Positions 49,925-62,660 of a stretch of 64,000 bases of DNA are shown here, one piece after another. The first letter of the stretch is position 1. Every line of letters begins with the position of its first letter. The position numbers and the translations under genes were made by a program. The DNA lies in NCBI RefSeq assembly GCF_020745735.1, contig NC_083432.1, positions 16,640,533 to 16,704,532 of the forward strand. Reading direction: 5' to 3'. The notes beneath the pieces are model-generated. The model was not told where the DNA came from, made no database searches, and saw only the letters and a list, made by a program, of their open reading frames with translations. The DNA is from Hemiscyllium ocellatum (taxonomy: Eukaryota).

Positions 49925-51326
49925 TAGTATAATCCCACTTCTGCTAATGACCAGAGATAGAGGAGATATAGAAGAGGGATCAACACTGGCCTAAACATCA
50001 GGTGAACATCTCTGCACTACTTCAAAATAATGGAAATACCGGGAGACAGTGTAACATCTTAACTAGAAAATATCTCAAAAAGATAGCTTTTGTATTTTTA
50101 TTAATTTATTTTCACTATAAAATCTTACAGAAGTCTATTTAGTGTCTGCATTCTTCCAAAATCTCAGAGCTGAGAATGCTAACTACTGAGCACTGCTGTT
50201 CAGACTTCATTAGTACTATGTACATACAGATCTCCATTATCAATAAATAATATTGATTTGATAGATAATATCAAGAAAAACTGTATACATTGCACCAAAA
50301 AAAATCACCAGTACAGGTCAATGAGTATCAGGGGCAGCACCATTAGCCACAACAGGTGCAAAGTCCACTACAGCATTAATCTTTGTAAAGTGGTTTTTGT
50401 GGGTTACCATGTTTAAAATTCTCTTGTTCAAATGGTGGAGGTCAACGATAATGTTGAATATTCAACTTTAAATTATAAAATGTAAGGAGCTAACCATGCA
50501 GAAATTTTAGTGCCAGGCATTTCTCCTTCACTTTCATTTATCTGGTCGATCTCGCGTTGTGCAAATGTTTTTTTTTAAAGCTACCAAGAAGAGTGGACAC
50601 CCAGAGTCTCTGCATTTTGGAAATTTTTTGGAAAGTTGTAACTTTGAGATGGTTCCAAGGTTCAGGCCATCAAGGCAATGAATTCAACAAGTAACAAAAA
50701 TCAGCTAGTGATAAAAAGCAACTTGCTTTGTTTCTACTTACAGTAACTGCGTGCACCAATAAACCTTGCATTAAGCAAGAAAGCGTTGTTAATGCTTTGC
50801 CACAGTTAGTGGCTGAAGATTACGATTCTCCTGTCAATACCCTTGCCATAAATGCAGCGGATGTAAATTCCAGGGCCAGACTGCAAAGGTCCTACAGAGT
50901 TCATTGAGGCCATGCTCTTTTCTACCTGTTTCACTTCTCTTCAACTTCTCAAAGCAACATAAACCTCCTGTGTGGCTTGTCACTCAGCACATTATCTCTA
51001 CAAACTTTTTAAACCTGCGCCTAAGTCAGCCCAGCAACCTTGCTTTAACTTAATTCAAACATTTGGGTGTGGCTGACGAGTTGCTCAATTATTTTTCTCA
51101 GCCACAGAATCTTACAGGAGCCTGTTTAACCCATTATGCCCACGGCTGTGCCGGCTTTTTAAATAAATCCTACTCCCTCGCTCTTCCCCATTTCCTGGAA
51201 GCATCTTCCTTTCAAATATGCACTTAATTCTCTTTTGAAAGTTACTCAAATTACTTCACCATCCTTCAAGGGAGTCCATTCCAGATCCTAACTCAATAGC
51301 AATTAATCAAGCTTCAAGGTTAAAAC

Positions 51327-51766
51327 AAAAATCACAACACCAGGTTATAGAACAACAGATTTAATTGGAATTCTGGATCAGTGGCACTGAAGAGCACAGC
51401 AGTTCAGGCAGCATCCAAAGTGTAGCGAAATCAACGTTTCTGGTTTCCAGCATCTGCAGTCATGGTTTTTACCAGGTTTAATTGGATGCACATTAGCTTT
51501 CGGAGCGACGCTCCTTCATCAGGTGGTAGTGGAGGGCTCGATCGTTACACAGAATTTGTAGCAAAAATTTACTAAATGATGGAACTGAAGTTACACATTG
51601 AAAAATTTATTGTCTGTTAAACCTTTCATCTGTTAGTTTCACTGTAAATCACAATTTTTTTTAAAGTTGCATTCTCAGGTTAGCTATTAACAATGGTGAT
51701 AGCTAGACAATACGTTGAAGGTGTTATCCCCCTGTGTGTTCTCTCTGTCTATGCCATGATGTTTAG
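51327..51766 (-). mobile_element. Family B Penelope pLTR carrying a nested family A mini-insertion (51370-51473)
   Basis: HHR core at 51493-51525 (minus strand); nested insert TSD AG(A/G)TTTAATTGGA at 51357-51369 and 51474-51486. Confidence 0.8.
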
Positions 51767-52170
51767 AGGGGTGGTTAAATCAGTGAGACTCATTACCACA
51801 GAGGGCTGTGGAGGCCAAGTCATTGAGTGCATTTAAAACAGAGGATAGGTTCTTGATCAATAAGAGGGATCAAGAATTAAGGGAAGGCGGCATGAAAATG
51901 GTGTCGAGAAACATTAACTTCGATCAAATGGTTGAGCAGATTCAATGGGCTGCATGTCCTAATTCTATTTCTATATCTTACACTCCTGGTGGCCATGAGA
52001 AGTCGATGGCAATTTGCTTTGCTGAATCACTGCAGCTCTCACACGCTGTAGATAAACGCACCGTGCTATTAGGAAGGGAGTCTCAGTATTTACATCCAGC
52101 TGTAAGTTAATGCATTAAGGCTGTAACCTCAATATGGCTCATTATGAATGCTTGTGCGTTTTAATAAAAT

Positions 52171-55003
52171 AGGAGAAAGTGAGGACTGCAGATGCTGGAG
52201 ATCAAAGTCAAAGATGTGTGTCACTGGAAAAGCACAGCCAGTCAGGCAACATCTGAGGAGCAGGAGAATCGATGTTTCAGGCACAACCTCTTCATCAGGA
52301 ATGAGGTGGCGGTCCAAGGGGGCTGAGAGATAAACCTGAGGGGGTGTGGGGAAGATAGCTGGGAATGCAATAGGTAGATGGAGGTGGGGAGGTGATGGTG
52401 ATAGGTCAGGAGGGTGGAACAAATAGGTAGGAAGGGAGATGGACAGGTAGGACAGTGCCGAGTTATAAGGTTGGATCTGAGATAAGGTTTTTGGGCGGGG
52501 GGGGGGGGCAAATGAAGAGACTGGTGAAATCTGCAACGATCCCGTGTGGTTGGAGGGTCAAGGCGGAATATGGGGCTTTCTTCCTCCAGGTGTCGGGTGG
52601 CCAGAGTTTGCTGGTGGAGGTGGCCCACGATATCTGCATGTTCTTGGCAGAGTGGGAAGGGAAGTTGAAGCAGTTAGCCACAGGACGATGAGGTTGTTTG
52701 GTGCATGCGTCCCTCAGACGTTCTTTGAAATGTTCCACAAGTTGGTATCCCATCTCCCCGATGTACAGGATACCACCAATCCAAGAGCAATGGATACATT
52801 AGGGGATGTATGTGGAAGTACACGTAAATCTGTCAGATGTGGAAGAACCCTTTGGGGCCTTGGCGTAGATGGTAGTGGTGGTGGTGGTGGTGGTGGTGGG
52901 AAGCGGGGAAGAGATGTGGGCCAAGGTTTTGCACTTCTTGTGGTGACAAATAAAAAAAGGTGTTGGGAGTGGAGGGTGAGTTTGTGGGAGGCATGGACCT
53001 CTTCTCATCCCTCCAACACACCTCATCCACATGGACACCCCGTGCTGTCTCTATCTTCTTTTCCAGCTGCCGTTGTGACATTGACCACCTCGACCTGTCC
53101 ATCCCTCTCACCCTTGCAACATGCAGTCCTCCACTCTCTCTGCTCCAAACCCAACTTTAGGGGATCTTCCATCCACAGCCTCCAACCTCAGTCTGGGAAC
53201 CCCCCACTGGCCAGTTCTACATCCTATCCAAAATTCACAAACCTGACTGCCCTGGTCAACCCATCGTCTCAGCCTGCTCCTGCCCCACTGAACTTATCTC
53301 TGCATACCTTGACACCGTCCTGTCCCCCTTGATTGAGGATCTCCCAAAACCATCCATCCCCTCCATGATTTTTGTTTCCCTGGCCCCCAACACCTTATCT
53401 TCACCATGGACATCCAGTTCCTGTATATGTCCATCCGCCATGACGAAGGCCTCCAAGCCCTCAGTCTCTCCCTCTCACCCAACCTGTACCCTCTCACTGA
53501 CACACTCATCTAATAGTTGTCAACTGAGTGGGTGAACTGGATCTCACCCTCAACAATTTCTCCTTCCAATTCTCCCACTTTCTCCAGCCAAAAAGGCGTA
53601 GCCATGGGCACCTGCATGGACCCCAACTATGCCTTCCTCTTCGTCGGGTATGTGGAGCAGTACATCTTTCGCAGTATACTTACACCATTCCCCAACTTTT
53701 CCTCTGCTATATCAATGACTGGATAGGCTCCACCCTCCTACCCCTGTGAGGGGTTTAAACAGTTTATCAACTTCACCAGCACCTTCCACCCTGACCTCAA
53801 GTTCATCTGTACCATCTCAGACACCTCCCTCCCCTTCCTGGATACCTCTATCTCCAATTCCAGCAACAGACTCAACACTGACACCTACTTCAACCCCACC
53901 GACTCCATCTCCTCCCACCCTGCTTCCTGTAAAAAATATCCTCCTTTCTTCCCAATTCCTCAGCCACATCTGCTCCCAGAGGGACAGTTCTACCATAGAA
54001 CATCCCAGATGGCTTCCTTCTTCAAGGACTCCAATTCCCTTCCCACATGGCCAACAATGCCCTCCAGGGCATCTTCTCCACTTCCCGCACCTTCGCCTTT
54101 GAACCCCACTCCTCCAATCCTAACAAAGGAGAGAACCCCACCCCCGGTCATCACTTTTCACTGCACCCAGTCATCCTCTGTCATTTCCATCACCTACAAA
54201 CAGACCCAACCTCGAGGGATCTATTTCCCTCACCACCCTATCTGTATTTCAGAGAGACCATTCACTCCATGATTCCATTGTAAGGTCCACAGTCCCCACC
54301 AGCCCACCCTCCACTCCTTGCACCTTCCCTTGCCACCGCAAGAAGTGCAAAAGCTGCGCACGCACCTCCCCCCTCACCTCCATCCAAGGCCCCAAAGGAT
54401 CTTTCCACATCTGACAGTTTTACCTGTACATCCACACATATCATCTGGTGTCCATTGCTCTCTGTAAGGTCTCCTCTACATTGGGGAGACAGGAAGCCAA
54501 TTGGCAGAATATTTCAGAGAACATCTCTGGAACACATGCACTAAGCAACCCCACCTCCCTGTGGCGAACCACCAACTCCCCCTCCCACTCTGCCAAGGAC
54601 ATGCAAGACCTGGGCCTCCTCTGCCAGCAAATACTAACCACCCGACACTTGGAGGGAAAACGGCTCATCTTCCATCTTGGAACCCTATAACCTCATGGGA
54701 TCAATGTAGATTTCTTCACTTGACCCCTCCTCACCTTACCCCAGATCCAACCTTCCAACTCAGTACTGCCCTCTTGAACTATCCTACCTGTCCATCTCTC
54801 TTCTCACATCTGCCTCAATCACTACCCCTCCCTCATCTACCTATTGCATTCCCAGCTACCGTCCCCCCAGCCCCACTCCCCTCCCATTTATCTCTCAGCC
54901 CCTTTGGGCCAGGCCATCATTCCTGAAGGGAATGTGCTTGAAATGTTGACTGTTCTACTCCTCGGATGCTGCCTGACCAGCTGTGCTTTTCCAGCACCAT
55001 ACT
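52171..55003. mobile_element. Large inverted Penelope insertion (family A): minus arm ~52171-53000 (GIY-YIG plus tailed pLTR), plus arm ~53000-55003 (RT, GIY-YIG, tailless pLTR)
   Basis: QKGVAMGTCMDPNYAFLFVGYVEQ, YINDWIG, LYIGETG, AEYFREHL; TSD GTTTTAATAA(A/T)AT at 52158-52170 and 55004-55016. Confidence 0.88.
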
Positions 55004-56650
55004 GTTTTAATAATATGTTTTTGTTAGTTGAATCAAAAAAGTCCAGATTGATGAAATAACCACCAGAGAATGCTGAGACCTGGTTCTAAGTTCAGGCTTG
55101 ACATCTGATGGGGATTATTTGCTCTATTGGTGTTGTTAGGGATACCTGACCCAATGCAGTCATTCCAAGGGTTTAAAAGCCTGGATCCCTGCTGCTGTTT
55201 CAGTCTACCGAACCCACAGTCATAGTCACACAAGGGAACGTTCATGTCAGAATATTAATTAGCTGAAAATCCTTCCATTGCAAAATACCAAGCAAAGTTA
55301 TGTGAAGTTGCAAAACCAACCACGTCTACTAAAATGCTGCACTTCTGTAAGATATACATGGCTCTGGGCAGGACATTTGCTTCATCCATCATTGATTAAT
55401 CACAAGTAGAATTCAATTTTTCTGAAATATTCCTACAAGGTATCAGCAGAATAACAACTGTACATTGTTTTTAAAATTGTGACATGAAACCAAAGAGGCT
55501 GCAATTCTTAGGCTCAAAGCCATCAAGAATGATGTGGTCTGTAACACAGGGTGGTGCAGCAAGATGTGGTTTGCTGGAGCATGTCAGGTGCCTTGCTTTG
55601 CTGAAGCTTTGTTATAAGAATACTTTGACCCAGTTTCTGCTCATCTGCACAGCAGCTCTCTCGCGACATGGTTCTAAGTAACTGTGCACATTTCTGTCTA
55701 TGTGATTGTGTGGAATCTCCTGCATCTAAAGCAGACACTGAATGCTGGTGCAGCTTGTCCAATCATTCCCCACCAGGCAACCCACTCATTCCAGAAATCA
55801 AGCTAGCAAACCTTCTCTGAGCTGCCTTCATCACGTTTCTTTCTGAAATAAACACCACCAAAACTGCAATGTATAATTATCAATGTGTAAAACACACTAG
55901 GATATCTTGAGGACACAAAAGGCCACTTAACAAAAACATGTTATTTCTTTTGCAATTTTCAAATGGATTCAGACATTTTACTCACCAGCAGGAACAGTTT
56001 AGCATAGCTGTAAAATCAAGTGGGAAAAAAAAATGCTAATTCTAAAGACGTTCTATAGCGATTACAATGTAAACACAGACATGGTCAATTGTGGGACTAT
56101 AGAAGTTTGATTAGAAAACTACAGTTGACTCCTCCCAAAAACAATGTACAACTTTTTATCAGTAACGTCAGACCTCAAATGCAAACACTTCATTAGGAAA
56201 TGGGATGAATTTAGCTTCCGTTCACTATTATTTATTTGCACAACAATAATCAGGAAACGTAACATCCACTTCTGACCAGAAACTGCCTGACATTCTTCCT
56301 CTGTTGTTTCATCATAAATGCGTTGGTATATCTTCTTTTCCATTACCAATGTTTTTGCAATAGATACTCCATGCAAAGTATCAACCAAAAACATTACTGT
56401 AATTGAATTACCCAACACTGACCCAGTTGCCTTTGTGCACAGATTTCAGATGTGTGTCGTGTGTGGGCATTTCCAAGAGCTAGTTCTCTGACAGAGGGTC
56501 ATTTCAACATTCGATCCATGTGAAATTGTAAGAGGGCCAAAGCTCAGGGAATGCAGAAGGCAGGGACTGCTGTCACAGATAGGCTCCCTGTCTGGAAACA
56601 AGCCTGAACGGTAGGCTTAGCTTTCACTCAGGCAGGGATTACTGTGAGAG

Positions 56651-56932
56651 AGGTAAAAACAATGACTGCAGATGCTAGAAACCAGATTCTGGATCAGTGG
56701 TGCTGGAAGAGCACAGCAGTTCAGGCAGCATCCAACGAGCAGCGAAAATAGACGTTTCGGGCAAAAGCCCTTCATCAGGAATAAAGGCAGTGAGCTGGAA
56801 GCATGGAGAGATAAGCTAGAGGGGGGGGTGGGGTGGGGAGAGAGTAGCATAGAGTACAATGGGTGAGTGGGGGAGGAGAGGAAGGTGATAGGTCAGGGAG
56901 GAGAGGGTGGACTGGATAGGTGGAAAAGATGA
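56651..56932 (-). mobile_element. Family A Penelope pLTR with intact HHR core
   Basis: Minus strand ATTC-CTGATGA-AGGGCTTTTGCCC-GAAACGTC-TATT at ~56747-56782. Confidence 0.8.
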
Positions 56933-57109
56933 TAACTGAGAGAACCAATCCTGGGGGTGGGTGTTTGAAAGTGACGCAGTCAGAAGGCCATAACCTTAGG
57001 AATGGACTGAAGTTTCTAGGAGGAGGAATATGGGGGCACAGAAGAGCAAGTAAGAAACCTCAGTATTGTAGGTTGAAATTAGAGCCTTCAGGTGCTGGAT
57101 GGTAAATTG

Positions 57110-60100
57110 GATACCTTGATTGGGAGAATTCTGAGACTTCAAGGAGATCAGAAAGGGGCAGAGATTCAAATTTTTAGATCATTGGGATATTTTCTGGGGC
57201 AGAGGTGGCCTGTTCAAGAGGTTTGCACCTGAACTGGAGGGGGCCCAATATCGCAGCCAGTTTTGCTAATGCTGCATGGGAGGCTTTAAACTAAATTGAC
57301 CAGGAGGGTGGGATGGGATTCTCAACAGCAGCAAAGCAAGTGCGAGCCTCGAAGGCGATACAGTAATCAGAAATATTAAAGCTGAAAAAAAGACAGGCCA
57401 GGCTGGAACACGACAGAGTGAGGAATGCCTATGGATAAAATTGCATAAATTTCAATAAAGGTGGGGGGAGCTGACAGGTAGGGCCAATGAACCCAAGGCA
57501 TGGATAGGTACATGAGAATAGCCATTACAGAAACATGTCTAAGGGAGTGGCAGCTTAATGTGCCAAGGTACAGGTGCTTTAGAAGGGACAGAGATGGTGG
57601 AAGTAGGGGAGGGGGAGTTACATGTTGATTACTGCTGTGATACTTGCCTTAATCAGAGATGAAATGACTGAAGGATCATCCAACTAGTTTTTATGGTAGC
57701 TAAGAAATAAGATGGGAACGCTGGCAAATTGGGGTTGTACTATAGGCCCCCAAATAGCCAATTAGAAATAGAGGAACAAATATGCAGGGAGATTGGGGAA
57801 GACTTGCAGGAACAACAGGGTTATAATTGGAGGGGATTTTAATTTTCCCACCAAACTGGGACTGCCAGAGCGTTAGTGGCTTAGATGGGGTGGAATTTGT
57901 TAAGTATGTTTAGGAAAGTTTCCTCAGGCAGGATATAGAGGGCCTTACTCGGGAAGAGGCAAAACCCAACCTACTCTTGGGAAATAGGGCAGGACAGGTG
58001 ACTGAGCTGGCAGTGGGAAACACCTTCAGATGAGTAACTATAGCTCCATTGGAGAGATGCAATACTGGTCCACAGAACCAAGTTCTAAACTGGGGCATGG
58101 CAAACTTTGATGGAATTGGACAGGAGCTTGCAGGGCATGATTGGAGTAGTTTGTTTGCAGGCAAAAGTGGGAGGTCTTTAAAAGTGAGATAGCTACAGTT
58201 CAAGGTCGATACATTCTTGTGAAGATGAAAGGCAAGGTTGGCAGGATACAGAACCCTGGATAACAAAAGACATTGAGGCTTTGGCCAGAAAAAAGGAGGC
58301 ATGGTTCAGGTACAGACAGCTGGGATCAAGGGATTACCTGGAGGTATATGGGGATACAGGAGTTCATTGAAGGAGGAAATCAGGAGGGCAAAAGGTGGGC
58401 AAGAGATATCCTTGATTGAGAAGATTAGGGTGAATTCAAAGAGGTTTGTATTTAAAGGAAAAAGAATAAGAGAGAGATTAGGACCCCCCAAAGACCAAAG
58501 TGGACATGTGTAGATCCTCAGGAGATGGTGCTCGATGAGCATTTCTCCTGTGTTCACCATGGAGAAAGACATGACTTGGGAAAGTGAGTGGTAATATGTT
58601 GGGGACAGTCCATATCATGATAGAGGTGGTGTCAGACATATTAGAGTGTATGAAGGTGGATAAATTTCCTGGTACTGACCAGATTTATCCAAGAACACTG
58701 CAAGAGGCTAGAGAAGAAATTGTTCAGACCCTGGCTGATATATTTGCATCGTCATTAGCCATGGGTGAGGTCCCAGAAGAATGAAGGGTAGTGAATGTTG
58801 TGTCCTATTTCAAGAAGGGATGCTAGGAACATCATAGGAACTATAGACCAGTAAGTCTAGCAGCTGTGGTAGGTAAGTTACTGGAGAAGATTGAGGGATA
58901 GGATATACATGCATTTAGAAAGACAGGGTTTGATTAGGAATAGTCATCATGGCTTTGTGCATGGGAGATCATGCTTCACGAGTTTGTTAGAGCTCTTTGA
59001 TGAAGTGACCAGGAAGGTTAACAAGGGCAGATCGACGGACAGTGTTGATATGGATTTCAGTAAGGCCTTGGATAAGGTAGGCTGCTCTCAAAGGTTAGAT
59101 CACATTGAATCCAGGGGAAGCTGGCAAATTGGATACACAATTGGCTTGATGGTATGAAGGAGAGGGTAATGGCGGAAGGATGCTTGTCAAACTGGAGGCT
59201 TGTGACTAGTGGTGTACCTCAGGGGTCGGTGTTAAGCCCATTGCTGTTTCTTACCTATATCAACGATTTGGATGAGAATGTACAAGGCACGATTAGTAAG
59301 TTTGCAGATGACATTAATATAGTTGGTATCATGGACAGTGAGGGAGATAAGAAATTACAGCAGGACCTTGATCAGTTGGGGAAGTGGGCTGAGAAATGGC
59401 AAAGGGAGTTTAATATAGTTAAGTATGAGGTCTTGCATTTTGGAAAATCAAATCAAGGTGGGACTTTCTTGGTGAATGGTAGGGCCTTAAGTGTAGTGGG
59501 AACTGAGGGACCTTGGAGTTCAAGTGTACCCATCTCTGAAAATGTAGTCACAGTAGTGAAGGCAGCAGTCAGGGCATTGAGTATAGAAGTTATGATGCAG
59601 GTGTACAGGATGTTGCTGAGACTGCACTTGGAGTAGTGTGTTCAGTTTTAGTCACCTTGCTGTAGGACGGATGTTATTAAACTGGAAACAGAGTGAAGAA
59701 GAAATTTGCAACGATGTTGCCAAGACTCAACAGTCTAAATTATGGGGAGGTTGGACAAGCTATGACTTTTTTTCTTTAGAGTGTAGGAGACCGAGGGGGG
59801 ATCTTAGAAATGTAAAATTCATGAGAGACTTGGATAGGATGAATGCACTCAATCCTTTTCCCAGGGTTAGGGAATTGAGGACTAGAGGGCATCAGTTTAA
59901 AGGTTAGGGGAAAGAATAAAAGGGAACCCGAGGGGCAATTTCGTTTTAAAAAGACAGTGGTATGCATATGGAATGAGCTACTGGCGGAAGTGGTTGAGAC
60001 AGGTACATGAACATTAAAAAGGCATTTGGACAAATACACAGATAGGAAAAGGATTAGAAAGATATGGGCTAAGTGCAGGGAAATGAGGTTAGTGTGAATG

Positions 60101-60165
60101 GACATTTTGGTCGGCATGGATCAGTTTGGGTCAAAGGGCCTGTCTCGGTGCTATAGGACTCGGAG
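57110..60165 (+). mobile_element. Long decayed CR1 LINE (end of ORF1, APE endonuclease, RT, 3'UTR)
   Basis: YYRPPNS, IGGDFNFP, HHGFVHGRSCFTSL, MDFSKALDKV, VTSGVPQGSVLSPLLFLTYINDLD, SKFADD, RPRGDL, RTRGHQFK. Confidence 0.92.
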
Positions 60166-60799
60166 AAGACTGTGTTGGGGTGGTCAGATGTCTTGCAGGG
60201 AGTACAGGGATCTGGAGGACTTGGCTTCGTGATTGGAGGCAATGTTCCCTCTAAGTTGTGCAGAATCTTGAAGATAAGTACATGGCACTCATTAGCTCTA
60301 CGTAATCCCTTTAAAGGTTTTGAGGGGGGGGGGGGGGGGGGGGTTGTATGTGCACACACATGTGCAAGTGACAGACAGATGACAAAGAAAAAAAACGTTG
60401 TCTGTTACTTTCTTTTGTATTATATGTAAACACAATCATATGAAAAGGTCAGGCATAATGCTATTTTTTTTATTTGGAAAGATATTTGTACTAGTACACA
60501 TTTTTGCCAACTTGCATCTGTGTGGATATAATCTAGACAGAGGCAAAAGCCCTGTTGGGTCCAATGTCAATACATTCTTTAGAGACTAAGAAAAGATTTG
60601 TAGCTTGGGTTGTAGATGAGATCTTCGATTCATTTGCCGATCTGATGTGGTTTTTTGCACACGTTTCATCACCGCCCTAGATGACATCAGTGCATCTTCG
60701 ATAAAGCGTTAGTGGTCTATCCCGCCTGGTATGCATGTGTCTCTGCTTTTTGGTACTTCCGATTCTGTATCTGAATGGTTTGTGTATGGCATCCAGTTC

Positions 60800-60961
60800 A
60801 ATAACTGAAGGATATCCAACTAGTCTTTATGGTAGCTAAGAAATAAGATGGGAATGCTGGCAAATTGGGGTTGTACTATAGGCCCCCAAATAGCCAATTA
60901 GAAATAGAGGAACAAATATGCAGGGAGATTGGGGAAGACTTGCAGGAGCAACAGGGTTATA
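60800..60961 (+). repeat. ~160-bp duplicate of CR1 segment 57663-57825
   Basis: About 5 differences by eye. Confidence 0.9.
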
Positions 60962-62532
60962 TAAATCCGATTGTTTATTGATCGAGGTCTGGTTGGTGTG
61001 CCAGGCTTCAAAGAATTCTCTGGTCGGTCTCGGTTCTGCCTGTGCTCAGATGGTTACATTGTCCCAGTTGACATTGTGTCCTTTGTTTTCTGTGTGGTTG
61101 GAAATGAGAGAGTGTACTAGTGTCTGGCAGTGGCGAGCTGATGTTTGTGCACTCAGTCAGTTTTCTTCCTGTTTGTCATATTTAGTGTTTTTCAGAACCC
61201 TTGGAAAATATCTTGCAGATAACGTCCGCCCTATTGAAGGTGGGTGTCTGCTCTTTAACCTTTGAGGGGAACTGGTGAAAGGTGTTTGCCAGTTTGTAGA
61301 TCATTAAGATTCCTGTGGGTTGGCGTAGTCAGGTAGTCATTTCTGATAGGTCTTTGATGTATGGTATAGTCACTATTGTGCCTGGTCATGTAGTGTTTTT
61401 CTTCATAAGGTTTGTTGGGTAAGTATTGGAGGATCGTACTGTTGGGATACTCATTTAATTTAAATCCCTTGAATAGGTGCTAATGTCCCCCCTTCTGCAG
61501 TTCTGGGTTGCTGTTGTGTGTTCTTGCTCATTTGAATAGTGTCCTAATGCAGCTCAGTTTCTGGGTGCTGGTGTAGTTGCTGTTATAGTTCAGTATCTGG
61601 TCTGTATGGGTATTCTTCCTGTACACACTGGTCTGGTGTTCACTGGTAGGTGTGCATTCCACTAGAACATCCAGGAAGGGGGGTCTGCTGTGTTTTCCTC
61701 CTCTTTCATGAACTTTATTCCCATGAAGAAGTTATTAATGTGGTGGCGGGTTTCTTCTAGTTATGTACATTTGGTGACGACCAAAGGTGTCTACTTACCA
61801 GTTCACCGAAAGGAGACTCCCCTTCCTGGATGTTTTAGTGGAACGCACACCTACCAATGACCTCCAGACGATGTGTACAGGAAAAACACCCAAACAGACC
61901 AGATACTGAATTATAACACAACTACCCCAGCACCCACAAACGGACCCGCATTTGGACACTATGCAAATGAGCAAGGACACACTGCAGCAACCCAGGACTG
62001 CAGAAGGCAGAACCGTAGCACCTATTCAAGGGATTTAAATGAAATGGGTATCCCAACAGCACTATCGTCCGATACTTACCAACAAACCCAAAAGAAGAAA
62101 AAACACTACATGACCAGGCACCATAGTGACTATACTGTACCTCAAATATAGATCACAAATGACTACCCAACTACTCGGACCCCCAGGAATCCTGACAGAA
62201 ATCAAACACCTTTCACCAGCTCCTCACAAAAGGTCAAGACCCAACACTCATATCCAACACGACAAACGTTATCTAATAGATACCCTGCAAGGGTTGTGAA
62301 CAGCACTACATAGACCAAACAGGAATAAAACTGACTATACGAGTGCACGAACATCAGCTCGCTACCGCCAGGCATGACTAGTACATTCATTTCCAACCAC
62401 ACAGACAACTGGGACAACGTAACCATCATAGCACAGGCAAACAGAGACAGGCGAGAGACTTTCTTGAAGCCTGGCACTCCAGCCGGAATTAAAATCAATA
62501 AACACATTGAACTGGGCCCTATATACAAATCA

Positions 62533-62660
62533 GGAGAAAAGTGAGGACTGCAGATGCTGGAGACCAGAGTTGAAAAACGTGGTGCTGGAAAAACACAGCA
62601 GGCCAGGCAGCATCCAAGGAGCAGGAGAATCGACGTTTCGGGCATAAGCCCTTCTTCAGC
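62533..62660 (-). mobile_element. 128-bp family A pLTR unit ending at the HHR core, 16-bp TSD, nested in the family C element
   Basis: TSD CCCTATATACAAATCA at 62517-62532 and 62661-62676; CTGAAGA-AGGGCTTATGCCC-GAAACGTC. Confidence 0.9.
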
